From the NCBI GenBank assembly GCA_048013815.1, contig CM106586.1:7998001-8062000 (forward strand): a stretch of DNA of 64,000 bases, given 5' to 3'. Made by a program: the position numbers and the translations under genes. Shown here piece by piece: positions 10,624 to 24,126 of this stretch. This DNA is from Setoptus koraiensis. Taxonomy: Eukaryota > Animalia > Arthropoda. The number at the start of each line of letters is the position of its first letter. Position 1 is the stretch's first letter. The notes under the pieces are model-generated. The model was not told the DNA's origin. It searched no databases and worked only from the letters and a program-made list of their open reading frames with translations.

Positions 10624-11314
10624 CTTGTGTAACCGGGCTGAACTTTTGCAATTTGTAACATAATTCTTCGATTGAATTTGATTCTTCTAATTTTATTACA
10701 GTATTCATTGAGAGTAGTATCGACGATTGCCGTGATCGGTCTCACGTCTCATTGGTAGAGAGAACAGAATCGGTCGTTAAAACTACTCCGATTCGGTTTT
10801 GATGCGAGCCAAACGTACGTTTTTCGGTTTCTTCCAGCCGAAATTAGTGATCAGGGGAGGAAAGGAGGCCCCCACGGTCTAAGAAAGACAGCGAGGTGTG
10901 GGATATCGTCCCCCTCAAAAGTTGATAAAAACATACCCGATTTCTAGTTTTTAAAACAGAAAACAGATTCGTATCTCCTTAGTAATCCGATACCCTCAAT
11001 TTAAAAACTGATACGGTGATCTTGAAGGATCATTATTCACGGCGTTGCTGCCAGAGCGATAGAAGATTCACAGGTTAGATTGCCCTAAAGGCTGATGTGG
11101 CATCAGTTTCGATAGGAAGCAGCGTATTAAAGTAGCGCTCAGCCTGAGAGAGTGCTAGTTGCTGACTTGAGATCATTCAATCACTAATGAAAGTACCAGA
11201 ATGTTGATCAGAAAAGAAAAGACTCGATCCCGAATCGATTCGACCCTGGAGAGAGACCGTAGGTATTGTTAGATAGAAAAACAGGAATATTGAGAGATTA
11301 GAAGATCCGAAAAA

Positions 11315-12463
11315 ATGGCCCCTGCACCCATGCGAACAATTTTGTATTGGGCGATATGTGTGTTGTTGGCGATCTTTTTCGTATCCTATCATGAACAGTT
11401 GGTCTCAAGTGCTGACCAGCAAATCGAGTTAACAGACAAGGCGGAATGGGGTGACTCAAACGAACGATATAACGAACGAGCAAAAAATAAGTCACCGTTT
11501 TCGGGCGATAACAGAAGAAGAGAAGCGAGGCGTTCGAATAGGCTGCCGAAAAGACAATTGAAAAGCCTAAAACTGCGCTGGGCCGAGGCTAACGTCAACG
11601 ATCTTAATCCTGTCTCGTGTGGTGCTACATATGATATGGTCACCAATCATGTTTCGGATACTTCTCCTCAATTAAGAATGATTGGTGCCAATGGAATCGA
11701 TGTAAAACGACATCCATGGGTGGTAACTATAAATATGAGAATGCTCAATGAATCTTGGGCTCGCTACCGGTGTAGTGGCGTTATAATTCACGAGGAATTT
11801 GTATTAACGACTCGAGTGTGCGCCAATAGTATTGACATAAGACCAGGCAGCAATTTCGAAGTTAGAATAGTGGCTGGCGCAAACGATCCATTTAAAGGAC
11901 CATTCGATGATGCACAAATTGGAAATATTTCAGCACAACAGAGCCACCCAGATGCTGATTTGGCAGTAGTGCAAATGGGAAAACCATGGATATGGTCGGA
12001 TACTGTCCGACCTATTTGCGTTGCATTCCCTCAGTATGATACCGCCGTTTTTCACAATGTTACTGCCAAAGACATGGCTTTTATCGCTAGTTGGGGAACC
12101 GATAGCTGGAGCGAAGATGAGCAGTTCACTCTTCCACATCAACTACAAATTTCTCGCGTCACTGTTCGGGGTGCCAGTGTTTGCGCGAGAAAAGCAGAAG
12201 AGTTGAATTCACGGTTTGTGTCCGATTTGATGTATTGTTCATTTTCACCCTGTCGTTCGAAGCGGAAAACTTTCCCTTGCGGAGGTGATCGGGGTGCACC
12301 ACTCCTGTATCAAAACAAAAATAGAGGCAATGTTTGGGAAGTTCAAGGTATATTGAGTCATTCTGGCGGCAAGCATTGCGCTAACGACTTTATCGTCTAT
12401 GAGAAGCCGAGTGAATACTACAAAGATTGGCTAGAAGCATACGTCCATCAAGACCCTTACTAG
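11315..12463 (+). CDS. Secreted or membrane-anchored trypsin-family (S1) serine protease homologue, predicted non-catalytic
   Basis: N-terminal hydrophobic segment; HPWVV, CSGVIIHEEFVLTTRVC (TAAHC site, His absent), DADLAVV (Asp present), VRPICV, CGGDRGAPL (GDSGGP site, Ser replaced by Arg), W-V-GILS. Single exon. Confidence 0.85.
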   Translation: MAPAPMRTILYWAICVLLAIFFVSYHEQLVSSADQQIELTDKAEWGDSNERYNERAKNKSPFSGDNRRREARRSNRLPKRQLKSLKLRWAEANVNDLNPVSCGATYDMVTNHVSDTSPQLRMIGANGIDVKRHPWVVTINMRMLNESWARYRCSGVIIHEEFVLTTRVCANSIDIRPGSNFEVRIVAGANDPFKGPFDDAQIGNISAQQSHPDADLAVVQMGKPWIWSDTVRPICVAFPQYDTAVFHNVTAKDMAFIASWGTDSWSEDEQFTLPHQLQISRVTVRGASVCARKAEELNSRFVSDLMYCSFSPCRSKRKTFPCGGDRGAPLLYQNKNRGNVWEVQGILSHSGGKHCANDFIVYEKPSEYYKDWLEAYVHQDPY

Positions 12464-13991
12464 TTGCTACTAATAAACATAATAATATGCGATAATTTGA
12501 TGTACATATTCAACATTTATAATAAATGTTTTTCAATAGTTCACTGCGACTCAGATTTCTTGTGACAAACTTGCCCAAGGTGAACATCCACTTTTCTTGC
12601 GATGGGGTGCCCCTGATCATCACAAGAAAAATGTCAATTCGGAACCACTGCTCTTTATCGAAATGAGTATAATGGGTATTTTCAGAGCTTCACAATTTAC
12701 TATTATTGTTCACGTCCTACATACTGACATACTTGTAAGATTACTGTTACAATGCGCCTACGATGCTGGCACATGGTCTAAATATTTGTGGTATTTCAGA
12801 TTACAATCGCTCATTAATTTGTCATTGATATGCTCATGTTATCCTGTCAAATGAATTTCACGGTGAGTTGCAAACAAGCGATCATTGAGGGATGAAAATA
12901 GAGTTTTGCATCGAGTAACCTTGACACTTGACAGAGTGGCTAGTTTTAAGCTGGCTAGCAGTCGGTGTGACCAATGTGATATAGTAATTAGAGAAGCTTA
13001 TAAGGCAATGAGACAGCAGTCAGCTGGTTAGCGTCTTTATCGTGATCACTATGACGATGATTAATAAAATAACAACAACAACAATTACTATTGTTAAATT
13101 TGGGCGATGCCGATTGTTCGGCCCGCAACTGGCTAGAGAATACTGACGCTGGCCAATATTAGCATGATATTTACCGTTATTCAATAATATAAATATAAAC
13201 ACAATTACAAACAAACACAAACTGGATGCAACATTTGCATTCGCTTGCGTTCGGTTGCGTTCGCCATCACCTAATGGGCGTTGGTGTGGCTCGAGTTGGC
13301 CACAGATAGGCGCACTATGCTGGAATAATCGCACTGGCGCCATTAAATGTTAATGAGCCGCCGCTCGTCCGACGGAGTCAAAGAAATAAATTAAAATTCG
13401 GCCAGCTCGGCGGGCTCAGCGAGATTCGCCGAGCTGCGGCCAGCTGACAAACCGGCCGGCCGAGAGAGCGATTTCTCGCAATGGGACGCAATTGGCGAAA
13501 TTTAAATTTGAGGCCGACGACGCCGATGATAAAACGGGCGCTAATAATTTTGAGAGAACAGCACGCCGGGCCGACCGTTGCGAGCTAAAAGCGGACCGGC
13601 TGGCCGGCGATGCAAATAAGGCAAAGAGATGATTCAACCGGCAATTAGTCTCGCCAGCCGAGTCAGTGTGGCCAGGCTGTTGGCGAGCGTTGCGTTGCAA
13701 GCGAACCGAACGTAACGTGTTTGTCAGCGATGGAAAGACGGTGGGCGACGAGGGCGCTCGCTTATGGCAAGCGTCGCCCGATGGCGGGGGCGGCCGACTA
13801 GCTGCGAATCACTTGCGTGCCAATTGGTTCCAGATCGCCGTTCGGCCAGCCACTGAGCCAGTCGGGCGGCTCATCATTGTTGGCACATCGAAGCCGCGCT
13901 AATTTATTAATAAACGCTTGGTTTGTGTGTAAAAATATAATCTAATTATTTGATGAGTGACGGCGCTCTTGCACACACGAGCTCTCAAAAA

Positions 13992-14044
13992 GGCTCCCTC
14001 TTGTGGTGCCTCGATTTCCAATCAAGGCACCACAAGAGGGAGCC
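13992..14044. repeat. Perfect 20-bp inverted repeat hairpin
   Basis: ggctccctcttgtggtgcct (13992-14011) is the exact reverse complement of aggcaccacaagagggagcc (14025-14044). The inner gatt/aatc can also pair around a 3-nt loop. Confidence 0.9.
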
Positions 14045-16381
14045 GAAATCGCAGTACAAATTCGTATATTCGCTATGCGCGCGACCGACCACCACAACTG
14101 ACACTTGTGGGTATCGCTTCCCAGGTACCCAACGATTCCGTTGGCACCCGTCGACGGGCCCATCCGCGATGTTGCCGGCAAATCGCGGCAAATCTCGACA
14201 ATCGCGGCAGTCGCGGCAGTTTCGACAGCCCAATCGGCGGCTCGCCGGAGTGACGATGCGACGGCGCCAACGGGTTGCCGCGGACACAACTTCCGGCCGC
14301 GAGAGTCACAATAAATCTACGCGTAATAATAAACGCTCGACGGTTTGTGGCTGGCGATTGTTGCAGCCAGCAAGCGAACGAGCGAAACGAAGCAAATGAG
14401 CGAAACGAAGCGAACGAGCGAAATGAGGCGAATGGATGCAACAATGGACAAACTGCTGGCCAGCGCGATATTAATGGCACCATTGATCACTGTCGACTGA
14501 CGGACAGAGACAAATTCGCGGCCATTAGTCAGCGCCCGTTGGAATTGCTTGTCACTGGTTGTTTGTTTGTTGTTGGCAGTCAGTTCAAGTGGCAACCAGT
14601 GGGACTGTCGGCCGGCGACGGCAGCGCCAAACTCATTAGTTTGGGCACAACAAGCGGCCGACAACGAACAACAATGATACAAATTGATTGATTTCGTTTT
14701 CGTTGGATCGCAATTTGAATTTGCTCAATTGCGGCAAATTATTTGCATTAGTTGTGCGCCACATTTGCCGCCACTTTCACTCGCAAGTTGTCAGTGCGTT
14801 CGTTGGTTGTTGTTGTCGGTCCGTCGGTTGTTGTTGTCGGTTCGCTTGTTGTTGCTGTCGGCTCGCTCGCAGTCGGCCGGCCGGCCGGTGAGCTGGCGAG
14901 CGCAAGGTGAGCTGATTGCCGTCCACCTACACCCAATAAAACACATCAGGTGATCGGGCGATCAGGTGAGACAGACGCACACTCGCGCCTTACCGTTATG
15001 ATTTGTGGTTGTGCGTTCGCTCGCAGCGGCAACAACAACAACAACAGCAACAGCAACAGCGGCAACAACAACGACAGCAACTGGCGAGTCGCGCTCACCT
15101 GTTGCACTCACGCCGTTCGCCTGCCATTGTTTGTAATGAGCAGCATTATCACCACCACCGACTACTGCACTATTGCTCGCAACAACAATGGTCTCGATTG
15201 TTTGTCCGTCCCCCTCTCTCGCTGGCTGGCCGATCATCTGTTTGCCGACGTTTACGAGTTGGTGAGTGTGTGTGTGTGCGTGTGTGTGTTGGCAACATCA
15301 AGGTGTCTTACCATTTTAAGAAGAAGCTGCTGCCCGAGTTGGTGTTGTCTCGCTGGCATTGTTTCATTGTTGATACCTACACCTGTGCGAGTAACGGTTG
15401 TTGGGCACGAGCTGGCTGTTAGTGGCCGTTTGTTGTGATTTGGCGCCACTTTGTATCGTCGTCATCAGCAGCAGTTGACTGTTGTTGTTGTTGTCGTTGT
15501 TGTTTGCAGCGATTCGTTCATTGTAGCCACCATCAGATCTGGCTAATCGCTGATATTTGTGGCCAGCGCAGTTATTGGGCGAGTTCAATGTCAACGCGCA
15601 CGCCAACCGCATTCGAAATACATGACTTTTGACACGGGTCGCTTCTTCGCCCGAGCGCTTCTCGCCGTCCGACCGACCAACACAACAACCAATACAACAA
15701 CCAGCCAACCGCCAGCCGAACACAACAGCCAGACACAACAGCCAGACGCAACAGCCAGCAAACAAACGAGCCAGCAGACGAGCGAATCGTCGGCAAATAT
15801 CATCGCAAATTGAAATTGAAACGATTCCCGAAATGATTTCTCGTTCGTGTCATCATTACACGCGCGCATTATTTGCACCGTATTATTGGCGGCCATTGTG
15901 CAATTGTATCACTTGTTGCACGGCCACTTGTTGAGTGCAGTCGCGTGCAGTGTATCATCGTTTGTTATTGCATCATCTCTTAGTTTATCACCCGTTAGTT
16001 AATTATTTGTTAGTCTATCATTTGTTATCATTTGTTAGTTAATCATCTGTTAGTTTATTATTTGTTAGTTTATCATTTGTTAAACAGTCGGCTCGCCATT
16101 GGCCATTGTTAGCTCGCGCGCGTCACATCACATGCATCACAAGTTCACAAGTGGCCACAAGTCGACACAAAGCGCCATTAATCATAGCTCGATATGGGTC
16201 AGTGTTGGCCAGTGTGATGACGCAATTACCACAGACACAAACACAACGCAATGCAGCCATGGAACCGAGTGACAGACCCAAACCAGCATCAGCAGCCAAC
16301 AAGTTACACAGTGCGTGCACCCCAGCGACAAAAGTAAAAAACAGCAAACCGTTACAATTACCGATCACACCAGCCAAGCTA

Positions 16382-19300
16382 ATGAGCGGCCACACAAATC
16401 GGGACACAATCAGTGCACCACTAATTATCTTTTATATATCGCTCACATGTTTTGCAACCATTTCCGGGGCCCTCACAACTGGGCCGCCCAACAACCAGAC
16501 CCTAGCGGCCGCCCAAGCAACCAACCAATCAAGATCGCAACAAGCGACAGCCAAACTAGACGAACTCTATGATCTGCAACAACAATCAGTGATAAACAGG
16601 CGCATTGGCGCCCCCGAGGATCTGACCGACTCGTCGTCGCTGCAAGCGGAAGAGTCGCGTCTCGATGCGCCGGGCGCGGTCGTCGCTGTGGAGGCGCCCG
16701 GCCATTTGCAGCAGCAGCAGCAGCCGCCGATCACCTCGCAGCAACCGACTACTTCACAGCGACCAGCCAACACCAACGCAAACCAATTCCAAGAACAGTT
16801 CAGCAACGGAGCGGGCAACTCGTACTACTCGCTGGCCACTGACGGAACCAGCCGCTACCAGTTCGGCTTCAACACCGTGGGCCCGTCCGAGTCCGCGCGC
16901 CACACATCGGGTCCCGCCGAGCCCAATCTGATGCGCGAAGAGACCAAGCTGCCCGACGGAACTGTCGTGGGCCGGTACGGTTACACGGACCCGTTCAATG
17001 TGTTCCGGATCGTGCACTATGTGGCCGACGCCAGCGGCTATCACGCCAGCGAGGAGGTAGACACAAACGGCTCCATGCAACAGTTGGTGCAGCAACAGCA
17101 AAACATCGACAATTATCCGTTGAACGGAGAGGGCGCCATCAAGTTTCAGTTGAACAGGCAGCTGCTGAAGGTGCTGCAAACGCTGCAACAACAACAGCGA
17201 CAACGCCGACAACTGTGGGCCTCGCCACAGCGGTCGAGGCCCACCGGCCCGGGCGAACGGGCGACGCGAGCCGCCGGCAGCGGCGCAGCGGATCCGCTGA
17301 TGGGCAGCGACAGTCTGGCGCTGTCGTCGTCGTCGCCGGCCAGCGGCGACTCTCTCAACGACCACGAGAGAGAGATGGTGGCCGGAAGTGTGCACTATGC
17401 GCTCAGAATCAATCACGGCAACTCGGCCGCAAGACAGCCCGCAGCGGCGCCGGCGGCGCAACCCGACGCCACGGTCCTGTCCCATTTGCGGCACATATTC
17501 AGGCAGGCGAGCAGAAAGCCGGCGCACCAGGCGGCGCCCCAGCAACTTGTGGTGCCCCAGCAACTTGCGGCGCCCCAGCAGCAGGTGGCGCCAGTGCATC
17601 AGGGGGGCTCACAAGCGCAAACGACCATCGGCGGCCAGCACTTCGGGCTCGATCTGGAGGCGCGCCGCTCGAGACTGCCCAAGCCGATAGTGACGCCCAC
17701 CAGTTACTCGATCGGCATAGATCACCAGCAGCCGCAGGTGCCGGCGGCCGGAAGCGGCGGCGGCCCGCAGCTCGGGCAGCCCGCGAGCGGCGGCTACGTG
17801 GCCCAGTTCAGCTACCCGTACCGCGGATTCCAGCAGGCTCAGCAAGCAAGCGCCAACTCTCACCATCAGCAGCAGCAGCAGCCGTCGTCTTATCCTAGTC
17901 TCGCCGTCATACAGCAACAGTTGCGACAAATGCTCAAAAACTATGCCGGCAACAACACCGGCCAAGCGCCCGCAAAGCCCCAGTCGCCCAACGATTTGTC
18001 GCCGGCCCCCAGCAGCCACCGATGGTCGCAATCGGCCCAATGGTCCAACCTCAATGGACAGCGCTCCGTGGCGCCCCTGGTGACGGGCTCGCCGACCTGG
18101 TCCATACTGAACGACAACTACAACGGACAGCACCAACTGGTCATCGATCACAACGACAGAGACGGACACCGGCAGGCCTATCTGCAGCAACGGTTGCAGG
18201 CCAACAACAGCAGCGCCTCAGCAGATCGCGAATCGGCCGTTCTCGCAGAATTGGCCCAGCTGAAACTGAACCAGCAGTGGGCCCTCGATCAGCAGCGACA
18301 CCAGCAGCGACAGGCGTACAACAGCCACTGGCCGGCCACTTCCGGTGCCGTCTCTAACCGACAGCTAGGCGGCGCCACCGATCTGCTCAAAAGCGCCTCA
18401 ACTGGCTCGAGCAGCGTCAGCGGCAACGTCGGCGCGCCATCGACACAACAGCAGCACGGTCACACAAGCACTCCGCTCGTGTTACATAATAGCACGGTTA
18501 CAGCCAGCGGCAACCATCTCAATTATCTCGACAGGTATGTCGAGTTTGGCATGCGCAAGGCGCTCGCGGCCGAGCCCGCCTTCGTCATTGGCCTGCCCGA
18601 GACAGGCGCGGTCCCGGCCTTCAATGGGGCGGCCCAGCGGACAGCGGCCGCGCCACTGGACGGTGCCGATCAACAGGTTGACATAACGAAAAATTACGCC
18701 GCCACATTCACGCTGAACAATTTCAGCCCGCCGCTGTATCATCCGCGCGTGCACGAAACAAGGGCGGCCTCTGTGCCCGCCGAGCCGCTTTCGGCCGGCT
18801 CTGTGTCGTCGGTCGGCACCACTAGCGACGGCACCGCGCACTACTCGAGCGTCATAACTCACTCGATCGGGCACGCGCAGCAACCGCGCTACGATTATCC
18901 GTTGTGGGCCGGCCCGCTGAATGCGCGCCCGCAGCAGTACGGCTCCGGTTCGCCGGGCGCAAGTGCGGACGAGTTGCAATCGAGCGCCACCAGCGCCAAG
19001 CGGCAATCGGTGGCGACAAGTGGTGGCGAGACCGCAAACAAAAGAGAGCCACATTCGGGCGCGTATGGAACTCGCAATCAGCAGGCGAACGGCGACAGAG
19101 CGCGATCGGCGATAATTAACGCCGACACGGGATCCGCTCTGGCGGACGATCTGTATCTGGACGAGAGCGAGCAGATCTTGTCCACCGTCAACGACACCAG
19201 CGCTGGCGTGGCCGCCAGCGGCAACAGCAGGGCTCGCAATCCGGACAGGTCAAAGAAACTGTCAAACATATTCAAGGCTCGCTCGTCGGCCGGCTCTTCC

Positions 19301-19423
19301 GACCTGGAGGCGGTCGTGCGATCGTCGGACGGTGCCCACTTGGCCAAGATCCGCCGCCCTGTGCCCATCAACGCCAAAAAGCCCGCCAAACAGCAACAAC
19401 CGCAACAACAACAGCAACAACAA

Positions 19424-19458
<35 letters not shown>

Positions 19459-22321
19459 ACAACAACAGCCGAGAACAATCAATTATGCAACGAGCAGCCT
19501 GGCGTCACCGGCAACGACAGCAACACCGATTGTCATTTCGGCAACAACAGCTGCTACCGCTTCTGTTGCTGTTGCAACCGCCGTACCGACGACAGGTGCA
19601 TCTTCTGCGCTGGTCAGCGCAGCCACCGTTCGAGCCGACGGCGGCAGCGCAACAACCGACCACCAGGTGACCGCAACAACGCAAGCGGGCCAGCAGCAAC
19701 AGCAGCAACAACAGCAACAACAGCAACGACAGCAACAGCAACAACAGCAGCAACAACAGCAGCAACAACAGCAACAACGACAGAGACAACAGCAGCAAAA
19801 CAGCACGTCGGATGAACCTGCCGCAACGCTAATTAAATCAGCAGATATGGCGACTGCCAGAGACGCTGGCAGCGAGCACAAAAAGAGTGGCCACTCCGGT
19901 CAAGCGTCTCTGGCCAGCAAAAGCGCCAATCGGACAATGACAATGCCAAACAAACAATCGCTCACCAACGTCATTGACCTGGCCAGCATTTACAATGTGT
20001 CGGCCGGGGCAGCGCTCACAAACAACTCCATGAGTCTGTCCACAAATCAATTAGCGAAATTAGTTAGTCTCGTGGTGGACAAATTAGACAAGCCGGCCGG
20101 ATTGTTTCTGAGAGCGGACAAGAGCCCTAACTCGATACTGGTCGACAATACACTGGCCACCAGCGCCAACAATAACAACAATAACAACAATAACGCTCAC
20201 CTGTCCAAGCCTAACGCCACCACCAGCGCCACCAGCAGTGCCGATGTCACCACAAACGCTAGTGTTGGGCCCGAGTGGCCAGCGTCAGGCGATTCGAGTG
20301 CCAACAACAACGACAACAAGCTGCCTGTTGTCAACAATAATCTTATAACGGGCCAATTGCAAAACATTAACTCTGTAATGGAGCAAGGTGATTTCCTGTC
20401 GAAGATTAGCCTAGATTTGGACAATTTTGACAGCGTTCGTCAGACGACCAACGAAAGTTTTGTTGGTTTGAGTCAGCACAATGTCGATCTGGACACTCAA
20501 ATGACTCTGATGAATGCCACTGCAGCCGAGAGTAGAATCGAGAAAACTTTCGTCAGTCCAACATCGTCGATGCAAACGATCGAGAAGCAAAGTAAACCAA
20601 CCACCAGCGGCCCCCAAGTGGCACCATCAGTGTTGCTTGCAACGACAACAATTGCACCTGTTACACCGAAAGCAACAACAATCACAACGCCCATATCAAC
20701 AACCGTATCGGCGAGCACGACAACATCAGCACCGACAACAGCAATTAAACCAATAACAACAACAACGACATCGGCACCGGTGACGCAAACAGCACCCGCG
20801 TCTGTATCATCGACGACCGCTCAGATACCAACGACAGCCAGACCAACACTACCAATAACAACAACGACAACCAGACCAACACTGCCAGTAACAACGACGG
20901 CAGCCAGACAAACGCCGACAACAACAACAACAGCAGCCAGACTAACGCCGACAACAACAACAGCAACAGCCAGACCGGCACCAACAATGACAACAACAAC
21001 GACAACGACAACACCCATACCAGTGCCCTTAACAAGCAGCAACCTCACGAGGCCATCGTTGGCTTTCGGAGCGGAAAGCCCACAACGATTCGGAGACAGA
21101 GCAAGTGCGGCCAACAAGGGCGATGGCATCTCCTTATTTAACAAAGAAACAAACAGTGAGACGAAGAACAGGAAATTCAATCGAGTTGTAATAAAACGGG
21201 GCCAGCGCATAGTGGCCAAATTTGACGCAAATCAATCAAATTTGTTCGACGCCACCAAGAGGCCCCTGGCCATCAACGAGGCCCAAAATAACGGCTCAAC
21301 AGTCACAACAAACTCACGAGATCCACAAACTACAAACAGTGATCCTTCATTCAGGCCAAAACACTGGAGACGCACCGTCAAACGAGTGCCCATGCTGGCC
21401 CGACTGAACCAGTCTGACAGTAGCCAACAGGCCCCAATTTTGTCGGCCATGATTAGCACGATGGTGGCGTCGGACGAACGAAACACCAACAGCTCTCTGG
21501 TGTCGGCGAACTCGACAACTATAGCGGTGACCACAACAACTACAACGACTACGACGACGACAACAACAAATCCAGCGCCAATCAAACGAACGGAGCAAAC
21601 TGACCCATTGCCCTTAAATTCTTACATAACATCATCGACATCGACATCTTCGCCATTGCCTAGTGATTCAAAAGGCAGCAACGACAGCAGCAATGTTAGT
21701 GTCGCTGACATCAAAATGGCCAGCAACAGTACCGAAGATGATAATTTGCATAAACACAACTCGGCCAACTTGAGGGCCCAGCCGGCAGATGGCAGCATCG
21801 CCGGCAGGTCGCTTAGATCGGCCTCCTATCTGGACACTTTTCTACACGCTCAAGACGACGATCTGATGAGCTCAGAGTCAATTAGTTCACAGACGACACA
21901 ACTAAACAATTTTGACAGTAGTGCCACCAGTGCCAGAAGAAGGCCAACACTGACAACTTCCGGTCAGCTTGGCCAAACGTCAGCGCTGTCGTTGGTGGAT
22001 ATAAAACAGAAACGCAAAAAGCGAAAGCCCAAACTGTTGTGCATTGAGGTGGCCCCAGACGACAGTGCCGAGACAATGGTGGACGAAGATCAACCACAGT
22101 CGCAGCCACAGCCAAAAACACAACCACAACCACAATCGCAACAACAGCAGCAACAACAGCAGCAACATCACAATCGCCAGCAGCAGAATCAAGCCAACAG
22201 ACAGGGCCTGCAAATGACAGGCAAGCAGCAGCAGCCAGCAGCTTCGATGGCAAGACCATCGTCGCCAGTGGTCAGTTTCGGCGACGACAAAAACTTTGGA
22301 AAACGGTTGTCAATGCGATGA
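16382..22321 (+). CDS. Giant cuticular protein with one Rebers-Riddiford chitin-binding (chitin_bind_4) domain and long Q/N/T-rich extensions
   Basis: Single open frame 16106-22321. Signal-like LIIFYISLTCFATISG after Met 16382 (earlier in-frame Mets at 16217 and 16259). RR motif YQFGF...REETKLPDGTVVGRYGYTDPFNVFRIVHYVADASGY at ~16855-17045. PIVTPTSYSIG motif, polyQ tracts, mucin-like Thr-rich region ~20640-21030. Confidence 0.8.
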
Positions 22322-23710
22322 CACGTTTTGCAGTGACAAGTTTTTTGGCAGCCACAACCGGCGCTCCGTGCGACCGCCAACTGTCAATTATGTCATCTAA
22401 TTGATTTCGAGCTTTGACCCTCGACAAGTTACCCGCTCATTAAAACAATGACACACACGAATACATGATATGAATTAATGTGTATTTGTTATTCATCGAA
22501 TAACAGCGACAGACAAACAAACAATTGGAGTGGCAAAACGACAATTATTTATGTAAATTGCATATTAGATAACAACAAACAGACCATTCTCTCTGCTTGA
22601 CACAATCAGATTAAATCTCTACTGCTCACCTGGCGAGAGAGTGAGCGAGCGAGCGAGCGAGCAGCAAGTGTGGACTAAAGATCTTTAGATTAGTAGTAAG
22701 GCAATATAATAAAACTAATTACAATCGCATTACTGTATCCACTGTTGTCATTCGCTTTCTGTTTCACGCTAACTGTAAATCCGTTAATTACTGCCCTTAA
22801 CTTTTGGCACAACTTTTGTCTCTCTCTCGCTCCGTCGGACCCAACACACAATTCGAGCATTGGCCATCTGATCATTGAATCACTGAGTAGAGTTTGCCTG
22901 TCTGTTTGCTGTCACTTGGGCGCTCAACAAGTCAATGATTGGCACCTGATGCAAACAAACAAAATTTATCTCTCTGTTATCCGACTGTTCGTTCGCTCGT
23001 TCGTTCATTCGTTCGTTTGTTTGTTTGTCTGTTCGGTTGGTTGTCCGGTTGTTCCGACACACAGTTACAAAACGATAGACATACTTGATAACGTAAAATG
23101 TCGGATAGCTCGACGACGTTGCTGGCCGATAGCCAACCCTTGTTACCTTTGCAATTATAACCACTTTTGCAAGCGCCAACTTGTAGACTATTCGTTGTCC
23201 AATAATTACTTTACATACACATTTATGGTATTTGCGTACAGCTAGTTAATACTCTGGTTAGACACACAGACTGAACTTGCTCTGTTATACAAACTTGATC
23301 GCTAGGTCAGAGTTTTACACTGCTTCGACGCTGTTAACGGTAATGGCTTGTTTCTAATTTGAACGGAACACTCCGGTTTCTTCGCGGATTCCGACCATTA
23401 CCGACAAAACTAATAATATGAAGAACCTTCAAACAGATTATGATGCAATCGAGGTTTCTTGTGACGAAATCCGGCCAGTTGTCGTTGTGTTGTCGTTGTT
23501 GCTGTTGCTGTTGTCGAGGGCATGCTCTCGAGTTTGATCTTTTACCTTGGAACCCCGATAACATGACAGTTGTCACTTGTAATTGCTAACTGCTATGTCT
23601 AAATCAGAACACTGTTACACTGTTCGTGGCATATGGGACGAGCGTGCCCTTGGAAAGTCGCATAACATACTATATTGCTCCCGTTAGCTTTATCGCGTCA
23701 ACTCGATCCA

Positions 23711-23717
23711 TATATAA
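23711..23717 (+). promoter_or_regulatory. TATA box upstream of small secreted protein gene
   Basis: TATATAA about 150 bp upstream of ATG 23863. Confidence 0.5.
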
Positions 23718-23862
23718 GCGTAGAAAGCGCTCAGAACAATATCATTTGCGGCCCATTCGTCGATACCAATCGATCACAAAAGTAACAGCAAGACTTTGAA
23801 ATTGTCAACAAATTCATCGAATTTCACTTCAACAAGTTCATAACTCAAAAATTATATCAAAG

Positions 23863-24126
23863 ATGCCGTGCAACAATAGTAACAAGAGTCGATCACCGGC
23901 CAGAATGTTCTACTTGTTTATCTTGGTGTCAGTGTTGGTGTGCCTCGCCATTTCGACAGCACCGCAAGTGGAGGCCGGAAAAAACAAGGGCGAGGATATC
24001 ATTCTCACCAAACACAGACTAATTATTAGAGGCGGCAAAGGTGGCAAAAAGGGTAGCTTGATCATTGATGACTCAAAACACTCATCGCACATGGGACATT
24101 TTGGAGGTTACGACCAATTCTTTTGA
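23863..24126 (+). CDS. Small secreted Gly/Lys/His-rich protein, probably cuticular (start may be Met 23905)
   Basis: Signal peptide MFYLFILVSVLVCLAISTAPQVEA, followed by GKNKGEDIILTKHRLIIRGGKGGKKGSLIIDD; upstream TATA. Confidence 0.7.
   Translation: MPCNNSNKSRSPARMFYLFILVSVLVCLAISTAPQVEAGKNKGEDIILTKHRLIIRGGKGGKKGSLIIDDSKHSSHMGHFGGYDQFF

Noticed and set aside
11166-11175. TGAGATCATT, matching the 5' end of bantam miRNA
   Set aside because: The rest of the mature sequence does not match and no pairing arm is evident.
13400-16100. Many overlapping 60-160 aa ORFs on both strands (also in 46-52 kb and 55.6-61 kb)
   Set aside because: They arise from GC-rich, CAA/CAG-rich low-complexity DNA with few stops; no domain, signal or splice support.
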